In this document: positions 34,561-44,700 of the stretch, piece by piece
How the letters are laid out: each line of letters starts with the position of its first letter
How positions within the stretch are numbered: position 1 is the stretch's first letter
IMG/VR virus record: IMGVR_UViG_3300035703_000043
Location: 1 to 64,000 of that record
Origin: a virus
Lineage: Duplodnaviria > Caudoviricetes
DNA: 64,000 nucleotides
Direction: 5' to 3' (one strand)
Notes under the pieces: generated by a model
What the model was told of the DNA's origin: nothing
The model's input: the letters and a program-made list of their open reading frames with translations, nothing else
The model's database searches: none
Position numbers and translations under genes: made by a program

Positions 34561-36447
34561 ATGGCATTATCAACAGAGGCACAACAAGATATTAATGAAA
34601 TTTATAATTCAGTTGCAAGATATTTTGCATCTACTGGAGGTTCTCAACCAAGCACTGACCCTAAAACTTATGCTAAAGATGGGGAATATGCTAAAAATGA
34701 ATCTACCCAAAAGGTGTCAGATCTTCAGCAATTGTTAGATGATAAACTTAATGAAAAACCAAAGAGGAGAAAAACACTTACTGAGACTTTTATTGACGAT
34801 ATAAAAGAACAAATCAAATATAAAGAAAGTGAAGTTGAAATGCTGAAAGATCAACTGACAATATATGACCTTAAAATTGATCAGTATGATATTGTTATAA
34901 GCAATATAGACAAAGAAATTATTCCATTAATTAATGAAATTAATGTTGGAATTGCTTCTGTCAAAACTGCTTATGATAATAGAGTTGCTGCTGGATGCAA
35001 AAGTGATTTGTATTGGGAATTAACTACTAAAAGAACTTATTTTCGTGTTATGGGTTTTTTTGATGATGATTATTATGTTGAAACATATACCTGCAAAAAG
35101 AATCCAAGTGTAAGAGAAGATTATAATTATTACGGTGCAAAGTATTATAGAAAACCACAAAATCAAGATTATGGTGCAAATATTGTCACCGAATTTCTTG
35201 GAACAATAGGTGTTGGGGAAACAATATTAGGGATAGTTGGTTCTTCCAGTACACTTAGATTTCAGATTGGAGATAAAGTTTTAGACAATATTGATAATCC
35301 TGTTGTTTTTTCTTCAAATAATATACCAACAATATTATCTTTTGGTACTACTTCTCTTGTTGGTGCTACCACAAGTTTTGGTGGAACAATTAGTTCTGGT
35401 TCTACAATTATAGCACATACAGGAATCGGAACCACCACTGATATTAGTATTGGAGATACAGTAAATCTTACAAATGTTTTGCCCATAAACACAAAAGTTG
35501 TTGGATTTGGAACTACAACAACTACAATATTAAATGTTTGGGATCCTAATGCAAATGGTCCTGGGTCTGGTGCTTTCATAAGCACTACTGGAGAAACAAA
35601 TAGTTTAATTATAAGTTCAGCATCTATTGGTAGTACATCAATTGGAACTTTTTCCGTTGGACTATTGACAAGTTATCCTGCAGTGATTCTTGATACTCAA
35701 GCACTTCAGGATGCAGAAAATACTAATTTTACATTAATAAGAGATACGCAAATAACACCTACAGAGTTTGATTATACAAATAATCCAATAGACCCAGTGA
35801 CAATCGGTATAATGGGTAATTCTTCTATTGGTTTAGGGCATAAATTAACTCTTGTGAACAATGGAAGTCCTATTGGTCCCTTTCAATGGCACGAAGTGAG
35901 AGGAGAAGAGTTTGCTCCTGAACCACCTTGTGGTGCTGATTACGCAAGATATTATCCTGGAAATAATTCTTGGCCTGTTGCAATTAGTTATACTTATAGC
36001 ACAGATGGAATGTTTTTATCTCAATCTTCTTCTTATGCTACGGAGGGTCAAATTCTTAATGTAGGTGTTGGTAATACTCCAGCTTTTGGTATAGGAACTA
36101 CTAATATTTCAGCATTAAATCCTTCAGCAGGAACTTGTTCTGCTTTGACTTCTATAATTACAGCATCAGAAACAAGTCGTAACGCAATTATTGCAAAAAA
36201 TGTCCCAAAAATTCAAGGATTGTTAGTATCCGGAAATGCATTAAAAAATCTAAGGGATAAATTAGAAAGTAGAGCATTTGCAATACTTCAAGGTAGAGTA
36301 TCTGCTGACGTAGACCTCAACAAATTAAAACAAGATCTTTCTGCACTTCAATCATTAGATTTAACCCAATTTGAACCCAGTGCTTATTATTTTGATTCAA
36401 GTAAAGGAAAAACCTCTTCATCAACTGTTGGTGTTGTGACCTCTTAA
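34561..36447 (+). CDS. Virion structural protein
   Basis: 628 aa; coiled-coil ends, GIGT-rich centre; in the tail operon. Confidence 0.65.
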   Translation: MALSTEAQQDINEIYNSVARYFASTGGSQPSTDPKTYAKDGEYAKNESTQKVSDLQQLLDDKLNEKPKRRKTLTETFIDDIKEQIKYKESEVEMLKDQLTIYDLKIDQYDIVISNIDKEIIPLINEINVGIASVKTAYDNRVAAGCKSDLYWELTTKRTYFRVMGFFDDDYYVETYTCKKNPSVREDYNYYGAKYYRKPQNQDYGANIVTEFLGTIGVGETILGIVGSSSTLRFQIGDKVLDNIDNPVVFSSNNIPTILSFGTTSLVGATTSFGGTISSGSTIIAHTGIGTTTDISIGDTVNLTNVLPINTKVVGFGTTTTTILNVWDPNANGPGSGAFISTTGETNSLIISSASIGSTSIGTFSVGLLTSYPAVILDTQALQDAENTNFTLIRDTQITPTEFDYTNNPIDPVTIGIMGNSSIGLGHKLTLVNNGSPIGPFQWHEVRGEEFAPEPPCGADYARYYPGNNSWPVAISYTYSTDGMFLSQSSSYATEGQILNVGVGNTPAFGIGTTNISALNPSAGTCSALTSIITASETSRNAIIAKNVPKIQGLLVSGNALKNLRDKLESRAFAILQGRVSADVDLNKLKQDLSALQSLDLTQFEPSAYYFDSSKGKTSSSTVGVVTS

Positions 36448-36506
36448 TAATGGTTGTAAAGATGACACCTATATATTATAACGGTAAAAGCACTGCAAAA
36501 TAAGTA

Positions 36507-39500
36507 ATGGCGGACAGATTTCCACTAATAGCAAATCCAACAACCAAACAGATTGAGGAGTTAGCACCTGGAGATAATCTTAATCTGCAAAACAGTGGAA
36601 TAGTTGGTGCCACTACAATTACTGCGAATAAATTTATTGGAAGTTTAGAAGGAAATGCAACGACTGCGAGCACATTAAATAATGCCGCAAACATAACTGC
36701 TGGAACGATTAGTTCTTCAAGATTATCTGGAAGTTATAATATAACTGCGTCAAATGCAAACAATCTATCTAATGCTGCAAATATTAGTGCAGGAACAATC
36801 AGCAGTGCAAGATTGTCTGGGTATTATCCAATTTCAGTTGATTCCTCGTTTTCTTCTGATGCTCTTACTGATGCATCAAATATCACAGGTGGCACAGTTC
36901 CGTCTGCAAGATTGTCTGGATTTTACGACATTAATGTAGGAACAGCAAATACTGCAAATATTATTACTCCTGGAAGTTTTCAAAATATTGATATTGGGGG
37001 AAATGCTGCCACTGCCACTACAGCAGTGAATCTTTCTGGTGGAACAGTTTCTGGTGTTGATTTAAATATTATTGGTATTGGGACAATTGGTACTTTGGGA
37101 GTATCTGGTCTCACAACAACAACCAATTTAACTATAACTAACTTAGCTTCAATTGGATTTGCAAGTGTAGGAATTGCAACAATTGGTTTTGGGTCATTTA
37201 CAAATATTAGAGTATCAAGTGCTGCTACGATAGGATTTTTAACAGCAACTAATATTCGTGTTTCTGGCATTGCTACTGTTGGATTTCTAACAGCAACTAA
37301 TTTAAATTCACCCAATGCAACTTTAGGAATTGTTACTGCAACCACAGTCACTGGACTGAATACACTTTCGGCATATGATTCTACTCTTGACTTCATCAAT
37401 AATACAAGAATAAACTCAGGTTTATTGGTTGGAACTGCAGCATCAATTGGAATTGCAACAATAGGATTTGGAACTTTTACTAATGTTAGAGTATCTGGTA
37501 TTTTAACAGCAGGTACATTTTCAGGTAATTTTAGTGGGGGAATAGTTGCAACTGCTGCTTCCATTGGAATCGCAACAATTGGTTTTGCAAATATTGGTCT
37601 TGCATCTGTTGGTATTGCAACAGTAGGATTTGCATCTATTGGCATCGCAACAGTTGGATTATTAACAGCAACTGATGTTCGTGTTTCTGGTACTGCCACT
37701 GTTGGATTTTTGACAGCAACAACACTATATTCCAATAATTACCTTGGAAGTGGAGCAACTTTAGTTGGAATTGTAACACAAATCAATGTTGGTACTGGTC
37801 TTACCTTATCATCAACACAAACTTCCGGGAAGGGAATAGTTCAAGTTGGAATTCGCACATCTATAGGAAAAACAATCTTCGTTTCTTATGAAGGCAATGA
37901 TTCAAATACTGGATTGCTGAATAATGATGCAAAGAAAACTATAAAAGCAGCAGCAGCACTTGCTTTGTCTGGTGATACAATTAAAGTTTTTCCAGGAACT
38001 TATGTTGAAAATAATCCAATTGTTTTATCAAAAAATGTTTCTGTTGAGGGAACTGAACTTCGTAACTGTTTAGTTTCACCACAAAATTCTGGACTTGATT
38101 TATTCCACGTTAATGATGGTGTTCATATTACTAATTTAAGTTTTATTGGTGCTCCATCAACAAATGGTGCATCAGTGATAGCACTTCAACCTCTTGCTGG
38201 AGTTTCTACTCATAGATTCTTTGATGCAGCAAGAATGATTCGTATGAATCTTGACTTTATTGCCGAAGAAACGGTTGGATATCTGACAAGTACTGATTAT
38301 AAAAATCCAGCATTCAATTCCGGAATATCTACAATTAAAGAGGGAATTATTTCAACTCTTAAAGCAATTTGTTATGACACTACAAGAGGTGGAAATTCAA
38401 AGTCTGTAGGAGCAGGCAAATCATATTATAACCAAGCAGGAGTACTTCAAAATATAGTTGGAATTAAATCAGAAACAATTGATGCTTTAAATTATGCTGT
38501 TGGAATTGCAAGATCTTGCGTTAATAATGTTTCTTTTGCAAAAACAAGTGGTGGAAATTATCAATATCATTACACACAAGTAAAAGATGTTTCCATTCAA
38601 GCAGATTCGGCAACTGGTTCTAATACTGATTTGAATTCTTGTTCTAATGTAATTTCTGCATTATATTCTTGTGTTGGGATTGTAACAACGATTATTAATA
38701 ATGGATTAAGTGCTCTTGGTGGTGCTGGAATTAATACGACAACTCCATCATCATATGATGGTCAAGTAAGTAACAATTGGTCCAGCACAAAACTTGAAGG
38801 AACAACGTTCTCACCTGGTGTTGGAATTGTTTCAAAAGGTCCTTATATTCGAAACTGCACAAATTTCATACCAAATAGCATTGGATTAAAGGTAAATGGT
38901 TTTGATGCAGAACCTGGAGATGAAATTGATAATGGTATTCAAGGTTCTATGAGTGTTGATTCATATACTCAATATAATCAAGGAGGAATTGGAGTTTCAA
39001 TTACTAATGGTGGATATGCACAATTGGTTTCTATCTTTACAATTTGCGATGATATTGCAATTTATACGTCTTCTGGTGGTCAATGTGATATTACTAACTC
39101 TAACAATTCATTTGGAACTTATGGATTATATTCAAATGGTGTAGGGGATTATTATAGCAGATCGATTTTCAGATATACTGGTGCTGCAAATACAGACGCT
39201 ACTATAGGTCAAAACACAATTTCTATTTCTGGTTTGGGAACTAATAGACCATATCAAGGGCAAGCAATTTATTTTGGAAACTTATATTATTCTGTTGAAT
39301 CAATAAGTGTTACTGATGGTGGTTCTGGTTATACTTCGGAACCAATTGTTACAATTAGTCCTCCAACTGGTCCAAATGGAATTACTGCCGAGGCATTTCC
39401 TGTAATTGAAAATGGAAAAGTGGTTTCAATCAATCTCATTAGTACTGGAAATCAATATTTAACTACACCAACTGTAACAATTAGTGGTCCTGGTGCTGGA

Positions 39501-39929
39501 GTTACGGCAACTGCTTCTGCAAATCTTGCACCAATATATTATAAAGTCGATGGTGCAACTTTACCATCTGCTGGCATTTCGACTATCACATTAACTGAGA
39601 ATCTAAATAATACAGTCAGTGCAGGAACTACTGCTTATTTCTCTAGAATGAGTTTGCAGGTTGCTTCCACAATATCATTTGAATATATAGGAGCAGGTAA
39701 TACAATTGAATCTGCAAGACCATCCAAAGGTGGTGTGACAAGACAACAGAATGAAGTCGTTAGGATAAATGGAGGAGAAGTGGTTTATACTAGCACTGAC
39801 CAGTCAGGAAACTTTAGAATTGGTGAGGGTGTAGTCATTAATCAGTTAACTGGAACTATTAGTGGAAGATCCTTCAGCCAAAGTTTGTTAAATACAGTAA
39901 CACCTTTACTCATTGCATTAGGAAGATAA
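36507..39929 (+). CDS. Tail fibre/spike with GIAT repeats and a beta-helix (pectin-lyase-like) domain
   Basis: MADRFPLI N-terminus; GNDSNTG...AKKTI...ENNPI, PYIRNCT, GYAQLVS, TDQSGNFRIG. Confidence 0.75.
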   Translation: MADRFPLIANPTTKQIEELAPGDNLNLQNSGIVGATTITANKFIGSLEGNATTASTLNNAANITAGTISSSRLSGSYNITASNANNLSNAANISAGTISSARLSGYYPISVDSSFSSDALTDASNITGGTVPSARLSGFYDINVGTANTANIITPGSFQNIDIGGNAATATTAVNLSGGTVSGVDLNIIGIGTIGTLGVSGLTTTTNLTITNLASIGFASVGIATIGFGSFTNIRVSSAATIGFLTATNIRVSGIATVGFLTATNLNSPNATLGIVTATTVTGLNTLSAYDSTLDFINNTRINSGLLVGTAASIGIATIGFGTFTNVRVSGILTAGTFSGNFSGGIVATAASIGIATIGFANIGLASVGIATVGFASIGIATVGLLTATDVRVSGTATVGFLTATTLYSNNYLGSGATLVGIVTQINVGTGLTLSSTQTSGKGIVQVGIRTSIGKTIFVSYEGNDSNTGLLNNDAKKTIKAAAALALSGDTIKVFPGTYVENNPIVLSKNVSVEGTELRNCLVSPQNSGLDLFHVNDGVHITNLSFIGAPSTNGASVIALQPLAGVSTHRFFDAARMIRMNLDFIAEETVGYLTSTDYKNPAFNSGISTIKEGIISTLKAICYDTTRGGNSKSVGAGKSYYNQAGVLQNIVGIKSETIDALNYAVGIARSCVNNVSFAKTSGGNYQYHYTQVKDVSIQADSATGSNTDLNSCSNVISALYSCVGIVTTIINNGLSALGGAGINTTTPSSYDGQVSNNWSSTKLEGTTFSPGVGIVSKGPYIRNCTNFIPNSIGLKVNGFDAEPGDEIDNGIQGSMSVDSYTQYNQGGIGVSITNGGYAQLVSIFTICDDIAIYTSSGGQCDITNSNNSFGTYGLYSNGVGDYYSRSIFRYTGAANTDATIGQNTISISGLGTNRPYQGQAIYFGNLYYSVESISVTDGGSGYTSEPIVTISPPTGPNGITAEAFPVIENGKVVSINLISTGNQYLTTPTVTISGPGAGVTATASANLAPIYYKVDGATLPSAGISTITLTENLNNTVSAGTTAYFSRMSLQVASTISFEYIGAGNTIESARPSKGGVTRQQNEVVRINGGEVVYTSTDQSGNFRIGEGVVINQLTGTISGRSFSQSLLNTVTPLLIALGR

Positions 39930-39930
39930 A

Positions 39931-40284
39931 ATGGCAGTAGTAGCACTTAATACATTTAAAACTGTAAGGAAAACTTTAACCACTTCCAACGTTGGAATTT
40001 ATACTTGTCCTTCTGGAGTTGCATCAATTGTAATTTTGGCACAAGTAACAAATGTCTCAGCAGGAACAACCACTTATACAGTATCTGCTGTCCATTCCAG
40101 AAGCACAGAATCACCCACTGATTATAAATTTGCAAATAATGTTTCTGTTCCACCAAACGATTCGGTAAATCTAATTCCAGATGGAAGACTTGTGTTGGAA
40201 ACTGGTGATGTAATTAAAGTTTCGGCAAGTTCTGACAATAACTTAAATATTGTATTAAGTGTTTTAGAAACTGCAAAGGGATAA
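39931..40284 (+). CDS. Small fibre-associated protein (paralog of 58481..58810)
   Basis: ALNTFKTV, IYTCP.G...IVILAQV.N, GRLVLETGD, SVLET. Confidence 0.75.
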   Translation: MAVVALNTFKTVRKTLTTSNVGIYTCPSGVASIVILAQVTNVSAGTTTYTVSAVHSRSTESPTDYKFANNVSVPPNDSVNLIPDGRLVLETGDVIKVSASSDNNLNIVLSVLETAKG

Positions 40285-40289
40285 TTTAA

Positions 40290-41732
40290 ATGTATAAGTA
40301 TATTTCCGGAAGAGCCAAAAAGGAAACAAGAACTGGACTAACATCCGATAGGTATGAATTTTTAGGACTAAATCAAGCAGAGCCAGATCTTGGAGATCCA
40401 TTGGTTGGTCCTTCTTCTATTGGTGCAAATCCATCACCACCTTCAGTATCTGGTGATCAATATTTACTTGTTGCTAATAAAAATAATCCTGGCAAAAGAT
40501 ATTGGGTTGCATCTTCTCAGATATTAACTGGTGGTTTAATTCCTGGGTCTTTCAGTGTTTTTGATGATAACATTCAAGTAGGTGCAGCAAATAGTTTCAA
40601 TGTTTTTAATCTAGTTGGTGATATTGTATCCGTAGATCCAGTTGGTTCTGGTGTTTCAGAACAAACTGGAATTGCAACGATAAGATTTTCCCTAAAAGCA
40701 CCTGGCCAATTAAATCAAATAATGTATCACGGTAGTGGTGGTTTAATTAGAGCAGCAAGTGGATTTGTATATTCTTCAGGAAATATTGGAATTGGAAGCA
40801 ATTCACCGACAGAATTGTTAGATGTAGAAGGAAATGGAAAATTTCTTGGATCTGTAAGTGCTTCAAGTTTTGTTGGTGATTTGACAGGAACAGCCTCATT
40901 TGCATCTGGGTTTAGCACAACGGCAAATATCAATACATCAGGTATCATAACTGCTTCAAGTTTTGTTGGAAACTTAACTGGAACAGCAACCACTGCTTCT
41001 GGTGTTTCTACAGAAATAAACATTAACACTACAGGAATTATAACTGCTTCAAGTTTTGTAGGTAACTTAACTGGAACAGCAACTACAGCAACCATAGCAT
41101 CCACCGCACTTGGTGTGTCAACATCAATTAGTATAAACACTACTGGTATTATAACTGCTTCAAGTTTTGTAGGTAACTTAATAGGCACAGCAACTACAGC
41201 ATCCAATGTAAGTTCCACTATCAACATAAACACTACTGGTATTATAACTGCTTCAAGTTTTGTAGGTAACTTAACAGGCACAGCAACTACAGCAACGAAT
41301 GTAATTAGTGGTATTGCATCTGTTTCTTCATTGAATGTCTCTGGCATAACTACGATTGGAAGTGCAACAACTTCCACAAATACACCATTACAAGTTGAAA
41401 CTTATGGAGTGAAAACAGGAACTGGTAATTTTATTGCTTCAGTTGGAATTACTACATTCATAGATAGTTTTTCCATTACAACTACAGACTTTAAATTAGT
41501 TGAATATTCTGTTCATATTGGATTTAGTAGCAGTATTCAAGTTCAAAAAGTTTTAATTATGCAAGATGGCATTATTGCAAATGCTGAATCTTATGGCATT
41601 ATGTATAACAAAAATGCTTTGGTTGCAATTGGAGCAACTTTGGATGGGACTGACTGTAAATTGCAAGTTACACCTCAGTCTGGAGTAAATGGAGTGACCA
41701 CATATAGATTCGTAAGAGGAAGTTTATTATAA
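40290..41732 (+). CDS. Tail fibre-like protein with TGIITASSFVGNLTGTA repeats
   Basis: Repeats of about 30 aa at 40850-41300. Confidence 0.75.
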   Translation: MYKYISGRAKKETRTGLTSDRYEFLGLNQAEPDLGDPLVGPSSIGANPSPPSVSGDQYLLVANKNNPGKRYWVASSQILTGGLIPGSFSVFDDNIQVGAANSFNVFNLVGDIVSVDPVGSGVSEQTGIATIRFSLKAPGQLNQIMYHGSGGLIRAASGFVYSSGNIGIGSNSPTELLDVEGNGKFLGSVSASSFVGDLTGTASFASGFSTTANINTSGIITASSFVGNLTGTATTASGVSTEININTTGIITASSFVGNLTGTATTATIASTALGVSTSISINTTGIITASSFVGNLIGTATTASNVSSTININTTGIITASSFVGNLTGTATTATNVISGIASVSSLNVSGITTIGSATTSTNTPLQVETYGVKTGTGNFIASVGITTFIDSFSITTTDFKLVEYSVHIGFSSSIQVQKVLIMQDGIIANAESYGIMYNKNALVAIGATLDGTDCKLQVTPQSGVNGVTTYRFVRGSLL

Positions 41733-41777
41733 TTAATTTATCATTTCAAATGAAAACATAAATACTTAAAAACTCTC

Positions 41778-44700
41778 ATGGCAGATAAAAGTTTCGGTTT
41801 AAATCAACTAAATTTTACTGGAATAGCAGGAACTTCATTAATTGAGAGTGGAGATACTCTACAGATCAATTCTCCTTTAGTTTCTGTTAGCACAGATTTT
41901 TCTGTCGGTGGGAAGGTAAACTCAAATATAATTCTCTCAAGTTCTTATTCTATTGGTATTGGTTCTACTCAACCAAAAGAAAAACTTGATGTTTTAGGGA
42001 ATGTAAATGTTTCTGGTTCAGTAACTGCAACATCTTTTGTGGGGTCTGGTACTGATCTCATTGGAGTAGCAAAAAATACAATATCTGCAATTGATGAAAA
42101 TACTTATTATTATCCGGTTTTTACCCCATCGGATGCAAATGCTGGAACTTATTCAACAGTTGTAATACCATCAAATAAACTTGTTTTTAACCCATCAGGT
42201 TTGTTGGGAATTGGAAGCACATCTCCAAATTATAATTTAGATGTTGTTGGTACTGGAAGATTTACAGGAAATTTAACTGCTTCAAGTTTTGTAGGTAACT
42301 TAACAGGAACAGCAACTAGTCTTTCTGATGCTGCAAATATAACTACAGGAACCATTAGTAGTTCTAGATTATCAGGAAGTTATGGAATCAGTATAACTGG
42401 TACAGCAAATAGTCTTGCTGATGCTGCCAATATTACTACAGGAACTATAAGTTCATCAAGACTTAGTGGTTCTTATGGAATCAGTATAACTGGTACAGCA
42501 AATAGTCTTGCTGATGCTGCCAATATTACTACAGGAACTATAAGTTCATCAAGACTTAGTGGTTCTTATGGAATCAGTATAACTGGTACAGCAAATAGTC
42601 TTGCTGATGCTGCAAACATAACTACAGGAACCATTAGTAGTTCTAGATTATCAGGAAGTTATGGAATCAGTATAACTGGTACAGCAAATAGTCTTGCTGA
42701 TGCTGCAAACATAACTACAGGAACCATTAGTAGTTCTAGATTATCAGGAAGTTATGGAATCAGTATAACTGGTACAGCAACTAGTCTTGCTGATGCAGCA
42801 AACATAACTACAGGAACCATTAGTAGTTCTAGATTATCAGGAAGTTATGGAATCAGTATAACTGGTACAGCAACTAGTCTTGCTGATGCAGCAAACATAA
42901 CTACAGGAACTATAAGTTCATCAAGACTTAGTGGTTCTTATGGAATTAGTATAACTGGTACAGCAAATACAGCAACTACGGCAACTGGTGTATCAACAAC
43001 AATCAACATCAATACCACAGGAATTGTAACTGCTTCATCTCTAAGAGTTGGGACTAGTGCAACTGAATCGATTGGAATTACTACAAATATTATCAGTGGT
43101 GGAAATTTATTACTCATAAATCCTGCCACCGTAGGAGTTTCTACAGGAACAGTTAGAATTCTTGGTAACTTGATTGTTGATGGAACAACATCCACTACTC
43201 AAGAATTAGTATTAACTTCTTCAGATAAACTTATAGCAATTGCAAGTACAATAGGAAATGTTATTGACTTGGATGGGGCTGGAATAGGAATTGGTTCCAC
43301 ATCTATAAGAAAATTTATACGATGGAATTATGCATCCAGTTCATTAAAGAGTTCCGAGAATTGGAATTTAGAATCTAATAGAAATTATCAAATAAATGAT
43401 TCTATTGTCCTTTCCTCAACAACATTAGGAACTGGTGTAACAATATCCAGTCTTAGAAGTGTCAGTTCTGGAATAATAACAGATAGAACAGAACTCACTT
43501 CTGGGCAAGTATCGGCTAGTGATTATTTGCTAATTTATGATGTAAGTGACCCAACAAACTTGAAGAAAGCAACAATACAAAATGCTGCTCTTCAAGGTCT
43601 TCAGGGCACTCAAGGTACACAAGGAACTCAAGGAACTCAAGGTACACAGGGAACTCAAGGACTTCAAGGAACTCAAGGAACTCAAGGTACACAGGGTACA
43701 CAAGGAACTCAAGGATCTCAAGGTACTCAAGGAACTCAAGGAACTCAAGGACTTCAGGGTACTCAAGGACTTCAGGGGACTCAAGGTACACAGGGAACTC
43801 AAGGACTTCAAGGCACTCAAGGTACACAGGGAACTCAAGGACTTCAAGGCACTCAAGGTACACAGGGAACTCAAGGACTTCAAGGCACTCAAGGTACACA
43901 GGGAACTCAAGGACTTCAGGGTACTCAAGGTACACAGGGAACTCAAGGACTTCAGGGTACTCAAGGTACACAGGGAACTCAAGGACTTCAAGGCACTCAG
44001 GGCACTCAAGGTACTCAAGGAACACAAGGTACTCAGGGTCTTCAAGGAACACAAGGAACTCAAGGACCACAAGGACTTCAGGGAAGACAAGGAACACAGG
44101 GAATCGGTGGAAATAATGGTTCTTCTAATTGGACTCCAATTTTAGTTAATGTGTCTCAATCAAGTTCAGACCCATCTATATTCACAAAAACTGGTGGAAC
44201 TGATTCCCAATGGGATTCGTCTGTTTATTCAAAACAGGGGTTTGTTCTTGGTTCTTATGTATCCACAAGAATATCATCAACAAGTGGTAGTGCCATAGTT
44301 GGTTTAGGGACAAATCCATCAGCATCTAGTAATCAAAATTTTGATTACGGCATTTATTTAGATAATGGAGACATTAAATCAATTGAAAACGGTTCTGTTA
44401 CTAATCTTAGTAATACATATATAACTAATGATTTTGTTTCAATTACTTATGATGGTGCAAATATCAGATATTATAAAAATTCATCTTTATTGAGAACTGT
44501 TGCTCGTGCTGCAGGAAATGCACTATATCTTGATAGTTCAATTTTTTCAAGTGGTCTTGGATTTGAAGACCTTACATTTGGTCCTATGGGACCTCAGGGA
44601 ACTCAAGGTCTTCAGGGTACACAAGGAACTCAAGGTCTCCAAGGCACACAAGGAACTCAAGGCACTCAAGGCACTCAAGGTCTTCAAGGCACACAAGGAA

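Noticed and set aside
36980-41377. Antisense ORFs of 216-251 aa opposite fibre genes
   Set aside because: Mirror of Thr/Gly/Ala/Ile codon bias in repetitive fibre sequence; no RBS or motifs
42303-42965. Possible CRISPR array or DGR template/variable repeat
   Set aside because: Repeats are contiguous and in-frame with no unique spacers; differences are synonymous and not adenine-specific; no cas or reverse transcriptase gene in the window
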